NCBI GenBank assembly: GCA_949297125.1
Contig: CASFRS010000027.1
Coordinates: 76,465-140,464 of the forward strand
DNA length: 64,000 nt
Origin: an uncultured Bacteroidales bacterium
GTDB taxonomy: Bacteria; Bacteroidota; Bacteroidia; Bacteroidales; G3-4614
Reading direction: 5' to 3'
How positions within the stretch are numbered: the stretch's first letter is position 1; every line of letters starts with the position of its first letter. Both the position numbers and the translations under genes were made by a program. The notes beneath the pieces were generated by a model. The model had not been told where the DNA came from and made no database searches. It saw only the letters and a program-made list of their open reading frames with translations. Shown here piece by piece: positions 46,555 through 57,108 of this stretch.

Positions 46555-46684
46555 CTGTCTAATAAGGCGGTATGAAGCAACTTGCGGAACCGGAACACAT
46601 TAGTCCGCTGCCATATATGCGTATGCGGGAGCCGGTAGACGGAAGGCGCCACGGATAATCGCCGGTTTAACAAAACTCTCTGTT

Positions 46685-47860
46685 ATGGACCTCTTTTATA
46701 AAACGCACAAGTACCTTGTGGAGCATGTAAACTCTCCGGTAGAGAGGGAGTTGATGCAGGAGATTGACTGGTCGCACCGTCTGATAGGGATAAAAGGGAG
46801 CAGGGGCGTAGGGAAAACCACCTTCCTGCTGCAATATGCCAAGGAGCATTTCGGTACCGACCCGTCGTGTTTGTATATTAACCTGAACCACCTCTGTTTT
46901 ACCGACAAGACGCTTGCGCAGTTTGCGTCCGATTTTGCCGCGGACGGAGGGAGGACCCTCCTTATAGACCAGGTGTTCAAATACCCGAAGTGGTCGGAAG
47001 AGTTGCGTTATTGCTACGACAATATCCCGCAGCTGAACATAGTCTTTACCGGGTCGTCGGTAATGCGGCTCAAGGAGGACAACCCGTACCTGTCGGGCGT
47101 GGCCCGGTCGTACAACCTGCGCGGTTTCTCGTTCAGGGAGTACCTCAACCTTATGGCCTGCACCGATTTCCGCTCGGTAAAACTCGAGGAACTCCTCGCA
47201 AACCACACGGAGATAGCAAGGGAGATAACCTCGAAGGTGAACCCGTACGATTATTTCTCGGCGTACCTGCACCACGGCTTTTATCCGTTTTTCCTCGAGA
47301 AGAGGAATTTCTCGGAAAACCTGATAAAGACCATGAACATGATGATGGAGGTGGATATACTCTTTATAAAACAGATAGAGCTGACCTACCTTTCAAAAAT
47401 ACGCAAGTTGCTGTACCTGCTTGTCAAGGATGCGCCGTGCGTGCCGAACATCAGCAAACTGAGCAAGGAGATACACACGTCGCGCGCCACGGTGGTTAAC
47501 TATATGAAGTACCTGTCGGAAGCACGTCTTGTGAACATGCTCTACAAACCGGGCGAGACGTTCCCCAAGAAACCGGCGAAAGTGTACATGCACAATACGA
47601 ACCTGATGTATGCGGCCGGTCCGGAGGAGCTCGACCCGCAGGCCGTTCGCGAGACGTTCTTCTACAACAACCTGTACAAGGACAACTCTGTAAACAAAGG
47701 GGACAAGAACTCCCATTTCCTCATAAACGGGAAATACCGCTTCAGGATAGAGGCTTCCGTCCCCAAAAACGCAAGGAAGGATATCCTCTACGCCGTAGAC
47801 GGGATAAAGACGGGCGAAGGCAGCGTTATCCCGTTGTGGATGTTCGGATTTTTGTATTGA
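46685..47860 (+). CDS. AAA-family ATP-binding protein (AAA_14 + wHTH/DUF4143-type architecture)
   Basis: 391 aa with Walker A GSRGVGKTT, Walker B-like LLIDQV, and a C-terminal HTH-like segment (..ISKLSKEIHTSRATVVNYMKYLSEARLV..). Confidence 0.8.
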   Translation: MDLFYKTHKYLVEHVNSPVERELMQEIDWSHRLIGIKGSRGVGKTTFLLQYAKEHFGTDPSCLYINLNHLCFTDKTLAQFASDFAADGGRTLLIDQVFKYPKWSEELRYCYDNIPQLNIVFTGSSVMRLKEDNPYLSGVARSYNLRGFSFREYLNLMACTDFRSVKLEELLANHTEIAREITSKVNPYDYFSAYLHHGFYPFFLEKRNFSENLIKTMNMMMEVDILFIKQIELTYLSKIRKLLYLLVKDAPCVPNISKLSKEIHTSRATVVNYMKYLSEARLVNMLYKPGETFPKKPAKVYMHNTNLMYAAGPEELDPQAVRETFFYNNLYKDNSVNKGDKNSHFLINGKYRFRIEASVPKNARKDILYAVDGIKTGEGSVIPLWMFGFLY

Positions 47861-47896
47861 CCAGAATTTACTAACACAAATAATTTTTCGAGAAAG

Positions 47897-50800
47897 ATGA
47901 AAGAAAAGAAAATGTTGACATGTGACGGCAACCAGGCGGCTGCGCATATATCATATATGTTCAGCGAGGTGGCCGCAATTTACCCTATCACTCCGTCGTC
48001 GCCAATGGCCGAGTATGTGGACGAATGGGCGGCAGCCGGACGTAAGAACATCTTCGGAGAAGTGGTTTCCGTACAGGAAATGCAATCCGAGGCCGGAGCG
48101 GCCGGCGCCCTCCACGGAGCATTGCAGGGAGGCGCATTGGCCACTACATATACTGCATCGCAGGGCCTTTTGCTTATGATACCCAACATGTACAAGATAG
48201 CCGGCGAGCTTCTTCCGTGCGTATTCCACGTATCGGCCAGGACGCTGGCATCCCACGCCCTCTCCATATTCGGCGACCACCAGGACGTAATGGCATGCCG
48301 CCAGACCGGTTTCGCCATGTTGGCCGAAGGTTCCGTTCAGGAAGTAATGGACCTCTCGGGGGTGGCGCACCTTGCTACAATCAAGTCGCGCGTGCCGTTC
48401 CTCAACTTCTTCGACGGATTCCGTACCTCGCACGAGATACAGAAGATAGAGATGCTTGAGAACGACGACCTCGCCCCGCTTATCGACCAGAAGGCGCTTG
48501 CCGAGTTCCGTTCGCGCTCGCTCAATCCCGAGTCGCCGGTAATGCGCGGAATGGCCGAGAACCCCGATACGTTCTTCCAGCACCGCGAGGCTTGCAACCG
48601 CTATTACGAGGCCGTGCCCGAGATTGTACGCGAATACATGCAGAAAATATCCGAGATAACAGGCCGCAAGTATGACCTCTTCACCTATTACGGCGCGCCC
48701 GATGCCGACCGCGTAATAATAGCAATGGGCTCGGTAACCGAGGCTATACGCGAAACGGTCGATTACCTTACCGGGAAAGGCGAGAAGGTGGGTCTGGTAA
48801 ATGTACACCTGTACCGCCCGTTCTCGGCAAAGGACTTCATAGCCGCCGTTCCGGCAACTGCAAAACGCATAGCCGTACTGGACCGCACGAAAGAACCCGG
48901 TGCAACCGGCGAGCCGCTGTATCTCGACGTAAAGGACTGCTTCTACGGAAAAGCCGACGCTCCCGTTATCGTGGGCGGACGCTACGGTCTCTCCTCGAAA
49001 GATACGACTCCCGCACAGATTCTTGCGGTTTACGAGAACCTTTCGTTGCCGCAGCCTAAAGACCGCTTCACTATCGGTATAGTGGACGATGTGAACTTCA
49101 CCTCGCTCCCCGTAGGCGAAGAGATAGCGATGGGCGACAAGGGCGCGTTCGAGGGCAAGTTCTTCGGTCTCGGCGCTGACGGTACGGTAGGCGCAAACAA
49201 GAACTCCGTCAAGATAATAGGCGAAAATACCGATAAATACTGCCAGGCATACTTCTCGTACGACTCCAAGAAGTCGGGAGGCTTCACCTGCTCGCACCTG
49301 CGTTTCGGCGACAAGCCCATCCGTTCCACTTACCTTGTGAACACCCCCAACTTCGTGGCTTGCCACGTACAGGCATACCTGCGTATGTACGACGTGCTGA
49401 GGGGCATCCGCCAAAACGGTACGTTCCTGCTCAACACCGTATGGAACGAACAGGAACTGGTTGCCAACATGCCGGCAAACGTAAAGCGCACCCTGGCGCG
49501 GAAGAACATTACGCTCTATACCATAAACGCTACCCAGATAGCCCAGGAGATTGGGCTCGGTAACCGTACCAATACCATATTGCAGTCGGCCTTCTTCCGT
49601 ATTACGGAGGTTATACCGGTTGACCTTGCAATAGAGCAGATGAAGAAGTTCATCGTAAAATCGTACGGCAAGAAAGGCGAGGATGTGGTGAACAAGAACT
49701 TTGCGGCCGTTGACCGCGGAGGCGAATACGTGAAGATAGCCGTCGATCCCGCCTGGGCGGATCTTGAGGTGGAAAACACCGTCGACCACAACGTGCCCGA
49801 ATTCATCGACAAGGTGGTGCGTCCCATAAACGCGCAGATGGGCGACGACCTCCCCGTATCGTCATTCGTGGGGATAGAGGACGGGACATGGCCCGCAGGT
49901 ACGGCGAAATACGAAAAGCGCGGGGTATCGGCATTTGTGCCAGAATGGACCTCGGCAAACTGTATACAGTGCAACAAGTGCTCGTATGTGTGCCCGCACG
50001 CTGCAATACGTCCGTTTGTAATGACGGCCGACGAACTCGCCGCCGCTCCGTTTAACGATACGGTAAAGGCGATAGGCAAGGCTTTCGACGGCATGACGTT
50101 CCGCATGCAGGTAGACGTAATGGACTGCCTCGGCTGCTCCAACTGCGTTGACGTATGCCCGGGCAACAAACAGGGCAAGGCCCTCAAGATGGTGCCGCTC
50201 TCGACCCAACTCTCCGAAGCCGCCAACTGGGACTACTGCGTGGAGAAAGTCTCCTCAAAGCAGTCGCTCGTCGACATTAAGGCCAACGTCAAGAACTCGC
50301 AGTTCGCTACACCGCTCTTCGAGTTCTCGGGCGCATGCTCGGGTTGCGGCGAAACCCCGTATGTAAAACTCCTCAGCCAGCTGTTCGGCGACAGGCAGAT
50401 GATTGCCAACGCTACGGGTTGCTCGTCGATATATTCCGGTTCGATACCTTCGACCCCCTATACCAAGAACGCCGACGGCAAAGGTCCGGCATGGGCCAAC
50501 TCCCTGTTCGAGGACTTCTGCGAATTCGGGTTCGGTATGTTCTTCGCGGTCGACAAGATGCGCAGCCGCCTTGTAGAACTGATGACCGCCGCCGAGAATT
50601 GCCCCGACTGCCCCGAAGAGGCCAAGGCTCTGTTCAAGGAGTGGATAGAAAACAAGGAGAATGCCGAAAAGACCGTGGAACTCGAAGCGAAAATCACCCC
50701 GATAGTGAAGGCCGCTGCCGACAAGTGCGGATACTGCAGGCAGATAGAGCCGCTCTGCAAGTTCCTGATAAAGAAATCGCAGTGGATAATCGGCGGCGAC

Positions 50801-51445
50801 GGCGCATCGTACGATATAGGTTTCGGCGGTCTCGACCATGTACTTGCAACCGGTAAGGACGTGAATATCCTCGTTCTCGACACCGAGGTATACTCAAATA
50901 CCGGCGGCCAGGCATCGAAAGCTACCCCGGTGGGCGCGATTGCAAAATTCGCCGCATCCGGAAAACGCGTCCGCAAAAAGGACCTCGGCCTTATAGCTTC
51001 TACATACGGATACGTGTATTGCGCCCAGATAGCCATGGGTGCCGACCAGGCCCAGGCATTGAAGGCGATACGCGAAGCCGAGGCATACCACGGACCGTCT
51101 ATCGTGATAGCTTATGCCCCCTGTATCAGCCACGGGTTGAAGAAAGGCATGGGTATGGCACAGGCCGAGCAGGCTGCAGCCGTAGAATGCGGATACTGGC
51201 ATCTGTGGCGTTACAACCCCGAACTGGAGGCAGAGGGGAAGAACCCGTTCACGCTGGACAGCAAGGAGCCGCAGTGGGACAAGTTCCAGGACTTCCTCAA
51301 AGGGGAGGTGCGTTTCGCTTCGGTAATGAAACAGTTCCCGGCGGAAGCCCAGGAGTTGTTCGATGCCGCACAGGCAAACGCCCTCTGGCGCTACAATAAC
51401 TACAAGCGCCTTGCAAAACAGCAATGGGGTACGGATGTTGAATAA
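47897..51445 (+). CDS. nifJ: Pyruvate:ferredoxin (flavodoxin) oxidoreductase
   Basis: 1182 aa. Two ferredoxin-type clusters (CIQCNKCSYVCPHAA, CLGCSNCVDVCP), the TPP motif GGDGASYDIGFGGLDH, and the full-length single-chain PFOR layout. Confidence 0.97.
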   Translation: MKEKKMLTCDGNQAAAHISYMFSEVAAIYPITPSSPMAEYVDEWAAAGRKNIFGEVVSVQEMQSEAGAAGALHGALQGGALATTYTASQGLLLMIPNMYKIAGELLPCVFHVSARTLASHALSIFGDHQDVMACRQTGFAMLAEGSVQEVMDLSGVAHLATIKSRVPFLNFFDGFRTSHEIQKIEMLENDDLAPLIDQKALAEFRSRSLNPESPVMRGMAENPDTFFQHREACNRYYEAVPEIVREYMQKISEITGRKYDLFTYYGAPDADRVIIAMGSVTEAIRETVDYLTGKGEKVGLVNVHLYRPFSAKDFIAAVPATAKRIAVLDRTKEPGATGEPLYLDVKDCFYGKADAPVIVGGRYGLSSKDTTPAQILAVYENLSLPQPKDRFTIGIVDDVNFTSLPVGEEIAMGDKGAFEGKFFGLGADGTVGANKNSVKIIGENTDKYCQAYFSYDSKKSGGFTCSHLRFGDKPIRSTYLVNTPNFVACHVQAYLRMYDVLRGIRQNGTFLLNTVWNEQELVANMPANVKRTLARKNITLYTINATQIAQEIGLGNRTNTILQSAFFRITEVIPVDLAIEQMKKFIVKSYGKKGEDVVNKNFAAVDRGGEYVKIAVDPAWADLEVENTVDHNVPEFIDKVVRPINAQMGDDLPVSSFVGIEDGTWPAGTAKYEKRGVSAFVPEWTSANCIQCNKCSYVCPHAAIRPFVMTADELAAAPFNDTVKAIGKAFDGMTFRMQVDVMDCLGCSNCVDVCPGNKQGKALKMVPLSTQLSEAANWDYCVEKVSSKQSLVDIKANVKNSQFATPLFEFSGACSGCGETPYVKLLSQLFGDRQMIANATGCSSIYSGSIPSTPYTKNADGKGPAWANSLFEDFCEFGFGMFFAVDKMRSRLVELMTAAENCPDCPEEAKALFKEWIENKENAEKTVELEAKITPIVKAAADKCGYCRQIEPLCKFLIKKSQWIIGGDGASYDIGFGGLDHVLATGKDVNILVLDTEVYSNTGGQASKATPVGAIAKFAASGKRVRKKDLGLIASTYGYVYCAQIAMGADQAQALKAIREAEAYHGPSIVIAYAPCISHGLKKGMGMAQAEQAAAVECGYWHLWRYNPELEAEGKNPFTLDSKEPQWDKFQDFLKGEVRFASVMKQFPAEAQELFDAAQANALWRYNNYKRLAKQQWGTDVE

Positions 51446-51470
51446 CGCATAGCGGAGATTCAATATAGGC

Positions 51471-51517
51471 GGGAAGCCGGACAGGTGCCATATGCGCCTG
51501 CCCGGCTTCCCTTTTTT
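51471..51517 (+). terminator. Rho-independent terminator of nifJ
   Basis: GGGAAGCCGGACAGG (51471-51485) pairs with CCTGCCCGGCTTCCC (51497-51511) with one mismatch. TTTTTT follows. Confidence 0.8.
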
Positions 51518-51540
51518 ATACAGGCCGTTTTTCCCTTTCT

Positions 51541-51587
51541 CCGGCGGTGCGGGGGATGCGGCGTGGCGGTTTCCCCCGCACCGCCGG
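51541..51587. repeat. 16-bp perfect GC-rich inverted repeat with a 15-nt loop
   Basis: CCGGCGGTGCGGGGGA (51541-51556) and TCCCCCGCACCGCCGG (51572-51587). There is no flanking T- or A-tract. It sits between two convergent terminators. Confidence 0.7.
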
Positions 51588-51738
51588 CGTAACCCGTTCG
51601 CCGTGCCGGTAGGTGCGGCTTTGGATTGCGGCGCGTGAAAACGGCATTCCGCCCGATGCCGGCGGGCGCGGTGTTTTTCCCGTATTGCCGCTGCGGCCGT
51701 GTATCCGGCCGCTCTTCCGTACATTGCAAAGGGGCGTG

Positions 51739-51778
51739 AAAAAAGTGCGGCCAAGGGGAAATCTCCCCCTGGCCGCAC
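51739..51778 (-). terminator. Rho-independent terminator of the wHTH gene
   Basis: GTGCGGCCAAGGGGA (51745-51759) pairs with TCCCCCTGGCCGCAC (51764-51778) with one mismatch. An A6 run at 51739-51744 gives a T-tract on the minus strand. Confidence 0.65.
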
Positions 51779-51891
51779 TTCCATGTCCTTTTATCTTTAT
51801 CGCAGCCCCACTCTGTCCCGGCTGTTGGTTGCAGGAAAACAACCGGAATATTCCTTTCTTGATGTTGACCGGATCGCTCCGTCTGTCAGGC

Positions 51892-52128
51892 TTAACCGAA
51901 TACGAACGACCCCTGGATATATCTGTTGCTGAAATAGAGATCTCCGTTCTGCTCGCGGCAGAATATCTTGCCTTCGCGGGCCAGCCACCCGATTGCAGCG
52001 TACAGGTCGGCAGAATCCAGTTCCGAAAGGTCTTTCATCTGTGAAACGGTCAATTCAGTGTTGCGTTCCAGGACGCACCATAATTTACCGGCATTCTCAC
52101 CGATAGAGTAGTAAGTCAGCGGTTTCAT
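51892..52128 (-). CDS. Small winged-helix protein (DUF2582-like)
   Basis: 78 aa. The sequence ..GENAGKLWCVLERNTELTVSQMKDLSELDSADLYAAIGWLAREGKI.. fits a wHTH pattern. Confidence 0.6.
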   Translation of the reverse strand: MKPLTYYSIGENAGKLWCVLERNTELTVSQMKDLSELDSADLYAAIGWLAREGKIFCREQNGDLYFSNRYIQGSFVFG

Positions 52129-52205
52129 GACACAATATTGTTTGGTTAATATCTGCCTCCAAATTAAGATGATTATTTGTTAAAATCAACACATGAAAAG
52201 GTAAA

Positions 52206-52601
52206 TTATTTAATCTCTTTTTCTAAAAGTGTAGTCAATTCTTCTTTCGACTTATATCCCATCCACCCTTTTACGGCTTTGCCGTCCTTGAAAAGGATAA
52301 GGGTGGGGATTGACGATATGGCGAATTTCCTGGCTGTATCCGGTGCCTTGTCCACATCGACTTTCGCTACTGCCACCTTCCCCCTGAAATCGTAGGCTAT
52401 TTCTTCAATGACCGGGGAGAGCATCCTGCACGGCGGGCACCATGTGGCCCAGAAATCCACAAGGACGTACCCCGACTTTATGCCGCTGCCGAAGGTCTTG
52501 TCGTCGAGATGGACAACGCCGGCATGCTGGGCTGCCGCATCGTGGCTGTAAGCAACAGATAAAAGAAGCGAAACGAACGCTGCTGTCAAGAATTTTTTCA
52601 T
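52206..52601 (-). CDS. Thioredoxin with a signal peptide (exported)
   Basis: 131 aa. Signal peptide MKKFLTAAFVSLLLSVAYS, active site WCPPC, and the thioredoxin fold length. Confidence 0.9.
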   Translation of the reverse strand: MKKFLTAAFVSLLLSVAYSHDAAAQHAGVVHLDDKTFGSGIKSGYVLVDFWATWCPPCRMLSPVIEEIAYDFRGKVAVAKVDVDKAPDTARKFAISSIPTLILFKDGKAVKGWMGYKSKEELTTLLEKEIK

Positions 52602-52720
52602 GCTTGTTCCAGTTAAAGTTGAATTTTAAGGCGTAATAATAGCCATTTTGTCCGTTACATCCAAATCCGGTTCCGATTTTTTTTGTTAAGTTAGCACCCT
52701 GTACGATTTAGCCGGGATAT

Positions 52721-54181
52721 ATGTTCGATTTTGCTGTTACATCGGTTGCGGGCGGGTGGATAAGGTCTTCGCTGTTTTATCTTATCCTGTTGCTGAACCT
52801 GATATTCGTAATAATCATCATATCCGAAAAGCGCAATCCGGTAAAATCGCTGGCATGGATTTCCGTCCTTATGTTCATGCCGGTGGTAGGATTCGTCTTT
52901 TATATCTTTTTCGGCAGGGACCAGCGTTCGCAGCGCATGATTTCCCGGAAGGGAAAACGGAAACTTAAAAGGCTGGTGGAGAAGAACAAGAATATCAGCG
53001 ACAGGGAGGACTCGAGCCTCGGTGCCGAAACCCTGTTGATGATAAAGCTCGGCTACAACCTTACCGGGGCGTCGCTTACGCACAATAACAGGATAACGCT
53101 CTTTACCGACGGGAAAGCCAAGTTCGACGCCCTTTTCAAGGATATAGCAGAGGCCGAGTCGTTCATCCACCTGCAATATTACATATTCGACAATGACGGT
53201 ATCGGGTCCGAACTCAAGGAGCTGCTGAAAGAAAAAGCGCGGAACGGCGTGGAGGTGCGGATTCTGTACGACGATGTGGGGTGTTGGAGCTGGAGGATAG
53301 GGCACCACTACTTCGACGACCTGATAGCCGTAGGCGTACAGGCAAAGCCGTTCTTCAAGGTAACCTTCCCGCAACTTGCCAACAAGCTCAATTACCGCAA
53401 CCACAGGAAGATTGCCATAATAGACGGGAAAAAGGGGTATCTCGGGGGAATGAACATAGCCGACCGCTACCGCGACGGCGTACCGTGGGGTATATGGCGC
53501 GACACGCATATAAGGATAGAGGGGAATGCGGTTCACGAACTGCAATCCATATTCCTCGTAGACTGGAACTTCACTACAAGGGAACTCCTCTCCAGACCGG
53601 TGTATTTCCCTAAAATAGAACCCAACGGGGGAAAGGAGCGAATCCAGCTGGTAACGAGCGGGCCGCTGGACGAGAACAAACCGATAGAGCTGATGTTCCT
53701 GAAAGGGATTACTACCGCAAAGGAGAGGATATATATACAGACCCCGTATTTCCTGCCGAGCAGCGAATTCGTTTATGCAATACAGATAGCCGCCCTGTCG
53801 GGGGTGGATGTGCGGATAATGCTGCCGGAACGTTCCGACTCGCCGATTATTCAGCGTGCATCGCAGTCGTACATTACGCAGATGCTGAAGGCCGGGGTGA
53901 AAATCTATTTCTATACCGCAGGGTTCATGCACGCCAAGTCGATGATAGTGGATGACGAGTTTGCCACGATAGGGTCGACCAATTTCGATTTCAGGAGTTT
54001 CGAACAGAACTTCGAGATAAACGCCTTCATATACGGCCGAGAATTCAACGCGATATACTCCGCCGTATTCGAGAAAGACCGCAAGGAGAGCCGGCGCATA
54101 ACGTTGAGGAGCTGGCGCAAGCGTTCGATGTGGCGCAAAATCACCGAGTCGGTGCTGCGGCTCCTCAGCCCGCTGTTATAG
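52721..54181 (+). CDS. cls: Cardiolipin synthase
   Basis: 486 aa. Two N-terminal TM helices and two HKD motifs (HRKIAIIDG.. and HAKSMIVDD..). Confidence 0.93.
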   Translation: MFDFAVTSVAGGWIRSSLFYLILLLNLIFVIIIISEKRNPVKSLAWISVLMFMPVVGFVFYIFFGRDQRSQRMISRKGKRKLKRLVEKNKNISDREDSSLGAETLLMIKLGYNLTGASLTHNNRITLFTDGKAKFDALFKDIAEAESFIHLQYYIFDNDGIGSELKELLKEKARNGVEVRILYDDVGCWSWRIGHHYFDDLIAVGVQAKPFFKVTFPQLANKLNYRNHRKIAIIDGKKGYLGGMNIADRYRDGVPWGIWRDTHIRIEGNAVHELQSIFLVDWNFTTRELLSRPVYFPKIEPNGGKERIQLVTSGPLDENKPIELMFLKGITTAKERIYIQTPYFLPSSEFVYAIQIAALSGVDVRIMLPERSDSPIIQRASQSYITQMLKAGVKIYFYTAGFMHAKSMIVDDEFATIGSTNFDFRSFEQNFEINAFIYGREFNAIYSAVFEKDRKESRRITLRSWRKRSMWRKITESVLRLLSPLL

Positions 54182-54205
54182 CGGAGTGTGCGTCCGCACG
54201 TGCGG

Positions 54206-55636
54206 CTATTCTCCCCGTGCCGGACTTTCGGCAAATGCCTCCGGCATGTTTATAAGGTACAGACGCTCCGTTGCGCGGGTAAAGGCCGTGTAGAGCCACC
54301 TGTAAAATTCCGTGCCGAGCGAGTCGGCTGAAATGTTCCCCATGTCGAGGAAAATGTTTTTCCATTGCCCGCCCTGTGCCTTGTGGCACGTTACGGCATA
54401 GGCGTACTTTACCTGAAGGGCATTGAACCAGATGTCGCCCTTTACCTTCTTCAACCTCTCCCGTTTCTGCTTCACGTCGGCATAATCGTCCATTACGCGG
54501 GTAAACAGCATGTTGTTCATCTCGGGCGTCAAGGAGGGCGACTCGGTGTGCAGCGTGTCGAGGATTATCTTGGCGTCTATTTCGGCATCGTAGTCGACCA
54601 GGAGCAGGGTAACGTCGGCAAACCTGAACCCGTACATCGTTTCGTAGCGGCGAACCCTTACTACGCGTGCCGTATCGCCGTTGGCTATAAAGTCTATGCC
54701 TTCCGTCTCCTCGCCCCAAAAATAGTTGTTGCGCGCAATCAGCAGCAGGTCGCCCGACACGAGTTCTTCTTCCCTGTACAGCAGCCTGTTCCTGATGCCC
54801 TCGTTGAATATGTTAGCCCTTTTGTTGGAGCGGGTAATGACGACGGTCTCTTCAATTCCGTCGCGCGAGTAGGCCGAATCGAGCTCCTCGATAAGCGTTT
54901 CGCCCGTAACCCTCCGGATGTCATCGAACCCTTCTATCCGTATTTCGGGCAGCGGTGCAGGGATAATCCCGGTTTTTTTGCGCAACATGGTGGCGTTGCA
55001 GAGTATTCCGGAGTCCGCTTCCTGCCTTACTACCTCTTCCAGTTCCATGCCTGTTACGGAGAACCCCCTCGCCGTCAAGGCCCCGGCCTCCAGTGCCGGG
55101 CTTTCGGCTTTCCCTACCGGAGGAAGCTGGGCGGAATCGCCGATAAGGACGAGCCTGCACCCCGGGGCGGAATAGACGAATTCCAGCAAATCGTCCAACA
55201 GGCTTCCCGAGCCGCAGAAAACCGCATCGTTCGACGAGTCGGCAATCATCGACGCTTCGTCCACGATAAAGACGGTGTTCCTGTAACGGTTCTCCATCAG
55301 CATGAATCCTGCCATGTCGGGCGAAAACCCTTTTTGCCGGTATATCTTCTTGTGGATTGTAAAAGCCGGGGCTGCGGCATACTGGCCGAAAACCTTGGCC
55401 GCTCTGCCCGTGGGGGCCATAAGGACGGTCTTTATCCCGAATTGCGACAATGTCTTTACAAAAGCCCCCACCATGGAACTTTTTCCCGTACCGGCATACC
55501 CTTTCAACAAAAAAATCTCCCGGCCGCGCGCTTCAAAAGTGAATCTGGCAAGGCGCGCCATAAGGTCGGCCTGTTCGCCGGTGGGAACATATTCGAGGTT
55601 CTCTGAAAGTTTTCTCAAAAAATTATCGTACTGCAT
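54206..55636 (-). CDS. SF1B ATP-dependent DNA helicase (RecD/Pif1-like)
   Basis: Internal ATG start (MQYDNFLRKL..). Walker A GYAGTGKS, Walker B FIVDEASM, and the C-terminal motif AVTCHKAQGGQW. Confidence 0.85.
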   Translation of the reverse strand: MQYDNFLRKLSENLEYVPTGEQADLMARLARFTFEARGREIFLLKGYAGTGKSSMVGAFVKTLSQFGIKTVLMAPTGRAAKVFGQYAAAPAFTIHKKIYRQKGFSPDMAGFMLMENRYRNTVFIVDEASMIADSSNDAVFCGSGSLLDDLLEFVYSAPGCRLVLIGDSAQLPPVGKAESPALEAGALTARGFSVTGMELEEVVRQEADSGILCNATMLRKKTGIIPAPLPEIRIEGFDDIRRVTGETLIEELDSAYSRDGIEETVVITRSNKRANIFNEGIRNRLLYREEELVSGDLLLIARNNYFWGEETEGIDFIANGDTARVVRVRRYETMYGFRFADVTLLLVDYDAEIDAKIILDTLHTESPSLTPEMNNMLFTRVMDDYADVKQKRERLKKVKGDIWFNALQVKYAYAVTCHKAQGGQWKNIFLDMGNISADSLGTEFYRWLYTAFTRATERLYLINMPEAFAESPARGE

Positions 55637-55799
55637 ATGCGCGTATGGGGAAACACAATGCAAAAATAGCTTATATGGCAATAATTTTCTAATTTAGCGA
55701 CGCAAACCTCCCTGCCGGATGCCGGATGCGGCCGTGCGGGAGAGTATGGCGGAGCAGTGTAAAAGAAGTATTGCCGGGTCGGCCCGGGAACAGGAAAGT

Positions 55800-56336
55800 A
55801 TGCGGATAATAAGCGGCAAATACGGACGTCGCAGGTTCGACGTCCCGACAAATATCAAAGCGCGGCCCACAACCGATTTCGCGCGGGAAAACATCTTCAA
55901 CGTCCTCTCCAACATGGTGGAGTTCGGGGGGTTGGCGGCACTGGACCTGTTTGCGGGTACGGGAGCGGTAACGTTTGAATTCGCGTCGCGCGGGTGCAGC
56001 AGGGTGGTGGCCGTTGAGAATTACCCCGTGCAGTACCGCTTTATATGCAAGGTTGCGGCGCAGTTGGGCGCAACCGAGGTGAAACCGGTAAAGTACGATG
56101 TTTTCAGATACCTGCAGACGGCTGACGAGAAGTTCGACCTGGTATTTGCCGACCCCCCGTATGATATGCCCGGGTTTGCGGATGTGCCGGAAAAGGTGTT
56201 GTCGTCGGGGGTCGTCGCCCCCGGTGGAATCTTCGTAATGGAACACCCTGCGTCGTGCGATTTCAGCGATATGCCCGGGGCGGTGGACCACCGCAAATAC
56301 GGCAGTGTCAATTTTACCATATTCAGAAAGGACTGA
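55800..56336 (+). CDS. rsmD: 16S rRNA (guanine966-N2)-methyltransferase RsmD
   Basis: 178 aa from the internal ATG (MRIISGKYGRRRFDVP..). Motifs LDLFAGTGA and DPPY. Confidence 0.88.
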   Translation: MRIISGKYGRRRFDVPTNIKARPTTDFARENIFNVLSNMVEFGGLAALDLFAGTGAVTFEFASRGCSRVVAVENYPVQYRFICKVAAQLGATEVKPVKYDVFRYLQTADEKFDLVFADPPYDMPGFADVPEKVLSSGVVAPGGIFVMEHPASCDFSDMPGAVDHRKYGSVNFTIFRKD

Positions 56337-56350
56337 ACAGACAGGAACAG

Positions 56351-57007
56351 ATGCAGATACACATATCCGACGAGTTTAGGAATCTCTTCCCCGAATACAG
56401 GAATGTCTGTATCCGGGCCGAAGTCTCCAACCGTGAACACGATGAAGCCCTGTGGCATGAAATACAGGATGCTTCGGCCGCGCTGCGCGAGGCCATGGCG
56501 ATAGAAGATATAAAGCGGGTGCCCGCAATAGAGGCGACCCGCCGTGCCTACAAGCGTTCGGGAAAGGACCCTAACCGCTACCGCCCTTCGGCCGAGGCCC
56601 TGATACGCCGGATATTGAAGGGTGAGGAACTGTACCGTATTTCAGTCCTTGTCGATTTGATAAATCTCGTGTCGCTTCGTACGGGCTTTTCGATAGGCGG
56701 GTTCGATGCAGGTAAAATATGCGGCGACGTAACTCTCGGAATCGGCAGGCACGAAGAAAAATTCGAGGCCATAGGGCGCGGCATGTTGAATATCGGGAAC
56801 CTGCCGTTGCTGCGCGATGAAAAAGGGGGGATAGGGACCCCTACGAGCGATGAAGTGCGCACCATGCTTACGCTCGGGACAACCGGGATACTGATAGTGA
56901 TAAACGGGTATTCGGGCGAAACGGGCCTGGATGATGCGGCCGGAATGACCTGCACGCTGTTGGAACGGTACGCTTCGGCCGGCAGGATTGCGATTGAACG
57001 GCATTGA
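56351..57007 (+). CDS. B3/B4 tRNA-binding-domain protein (PheT B3/B4-like)
   Basis: 218 aa from the internal ATG (MQIHISDEF..). Family-type segments ..RRAYKRSGKDPNRYRPSAEAL.. and ..VDLINLVSLRTGFSIGGFD... Confidence 0.8.
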   Translation: MQIHISDEFRNLFPEYRNVCIRAEVSNREHDEALWHEIQDASAALREAMAIEDIKRVPAIEATRRAYKRSGKDPNRYRPSAEALIRRILKGEELYRISVLVDLINLVSLRTGFSIGGFDAGKICGDVTLGIGRHEEKFEAIGRGMLNIGNLPLLRDEKGGIGTPTSDEVRTMLTLGTTGILIVINGYSGETGLDDAAGMTCTLLERYASAGRIAIERH

Positions 57008-57108
57008 CGTGCGGAGGCGGGATGTCCCTCTTCTCATGCCTGTGGCCGGCAACGGGTCTGCCGTTGCTGTAAACTGTTTGCGGCGGCAGGCTTGCCGGGA
57101 GTATCCGC

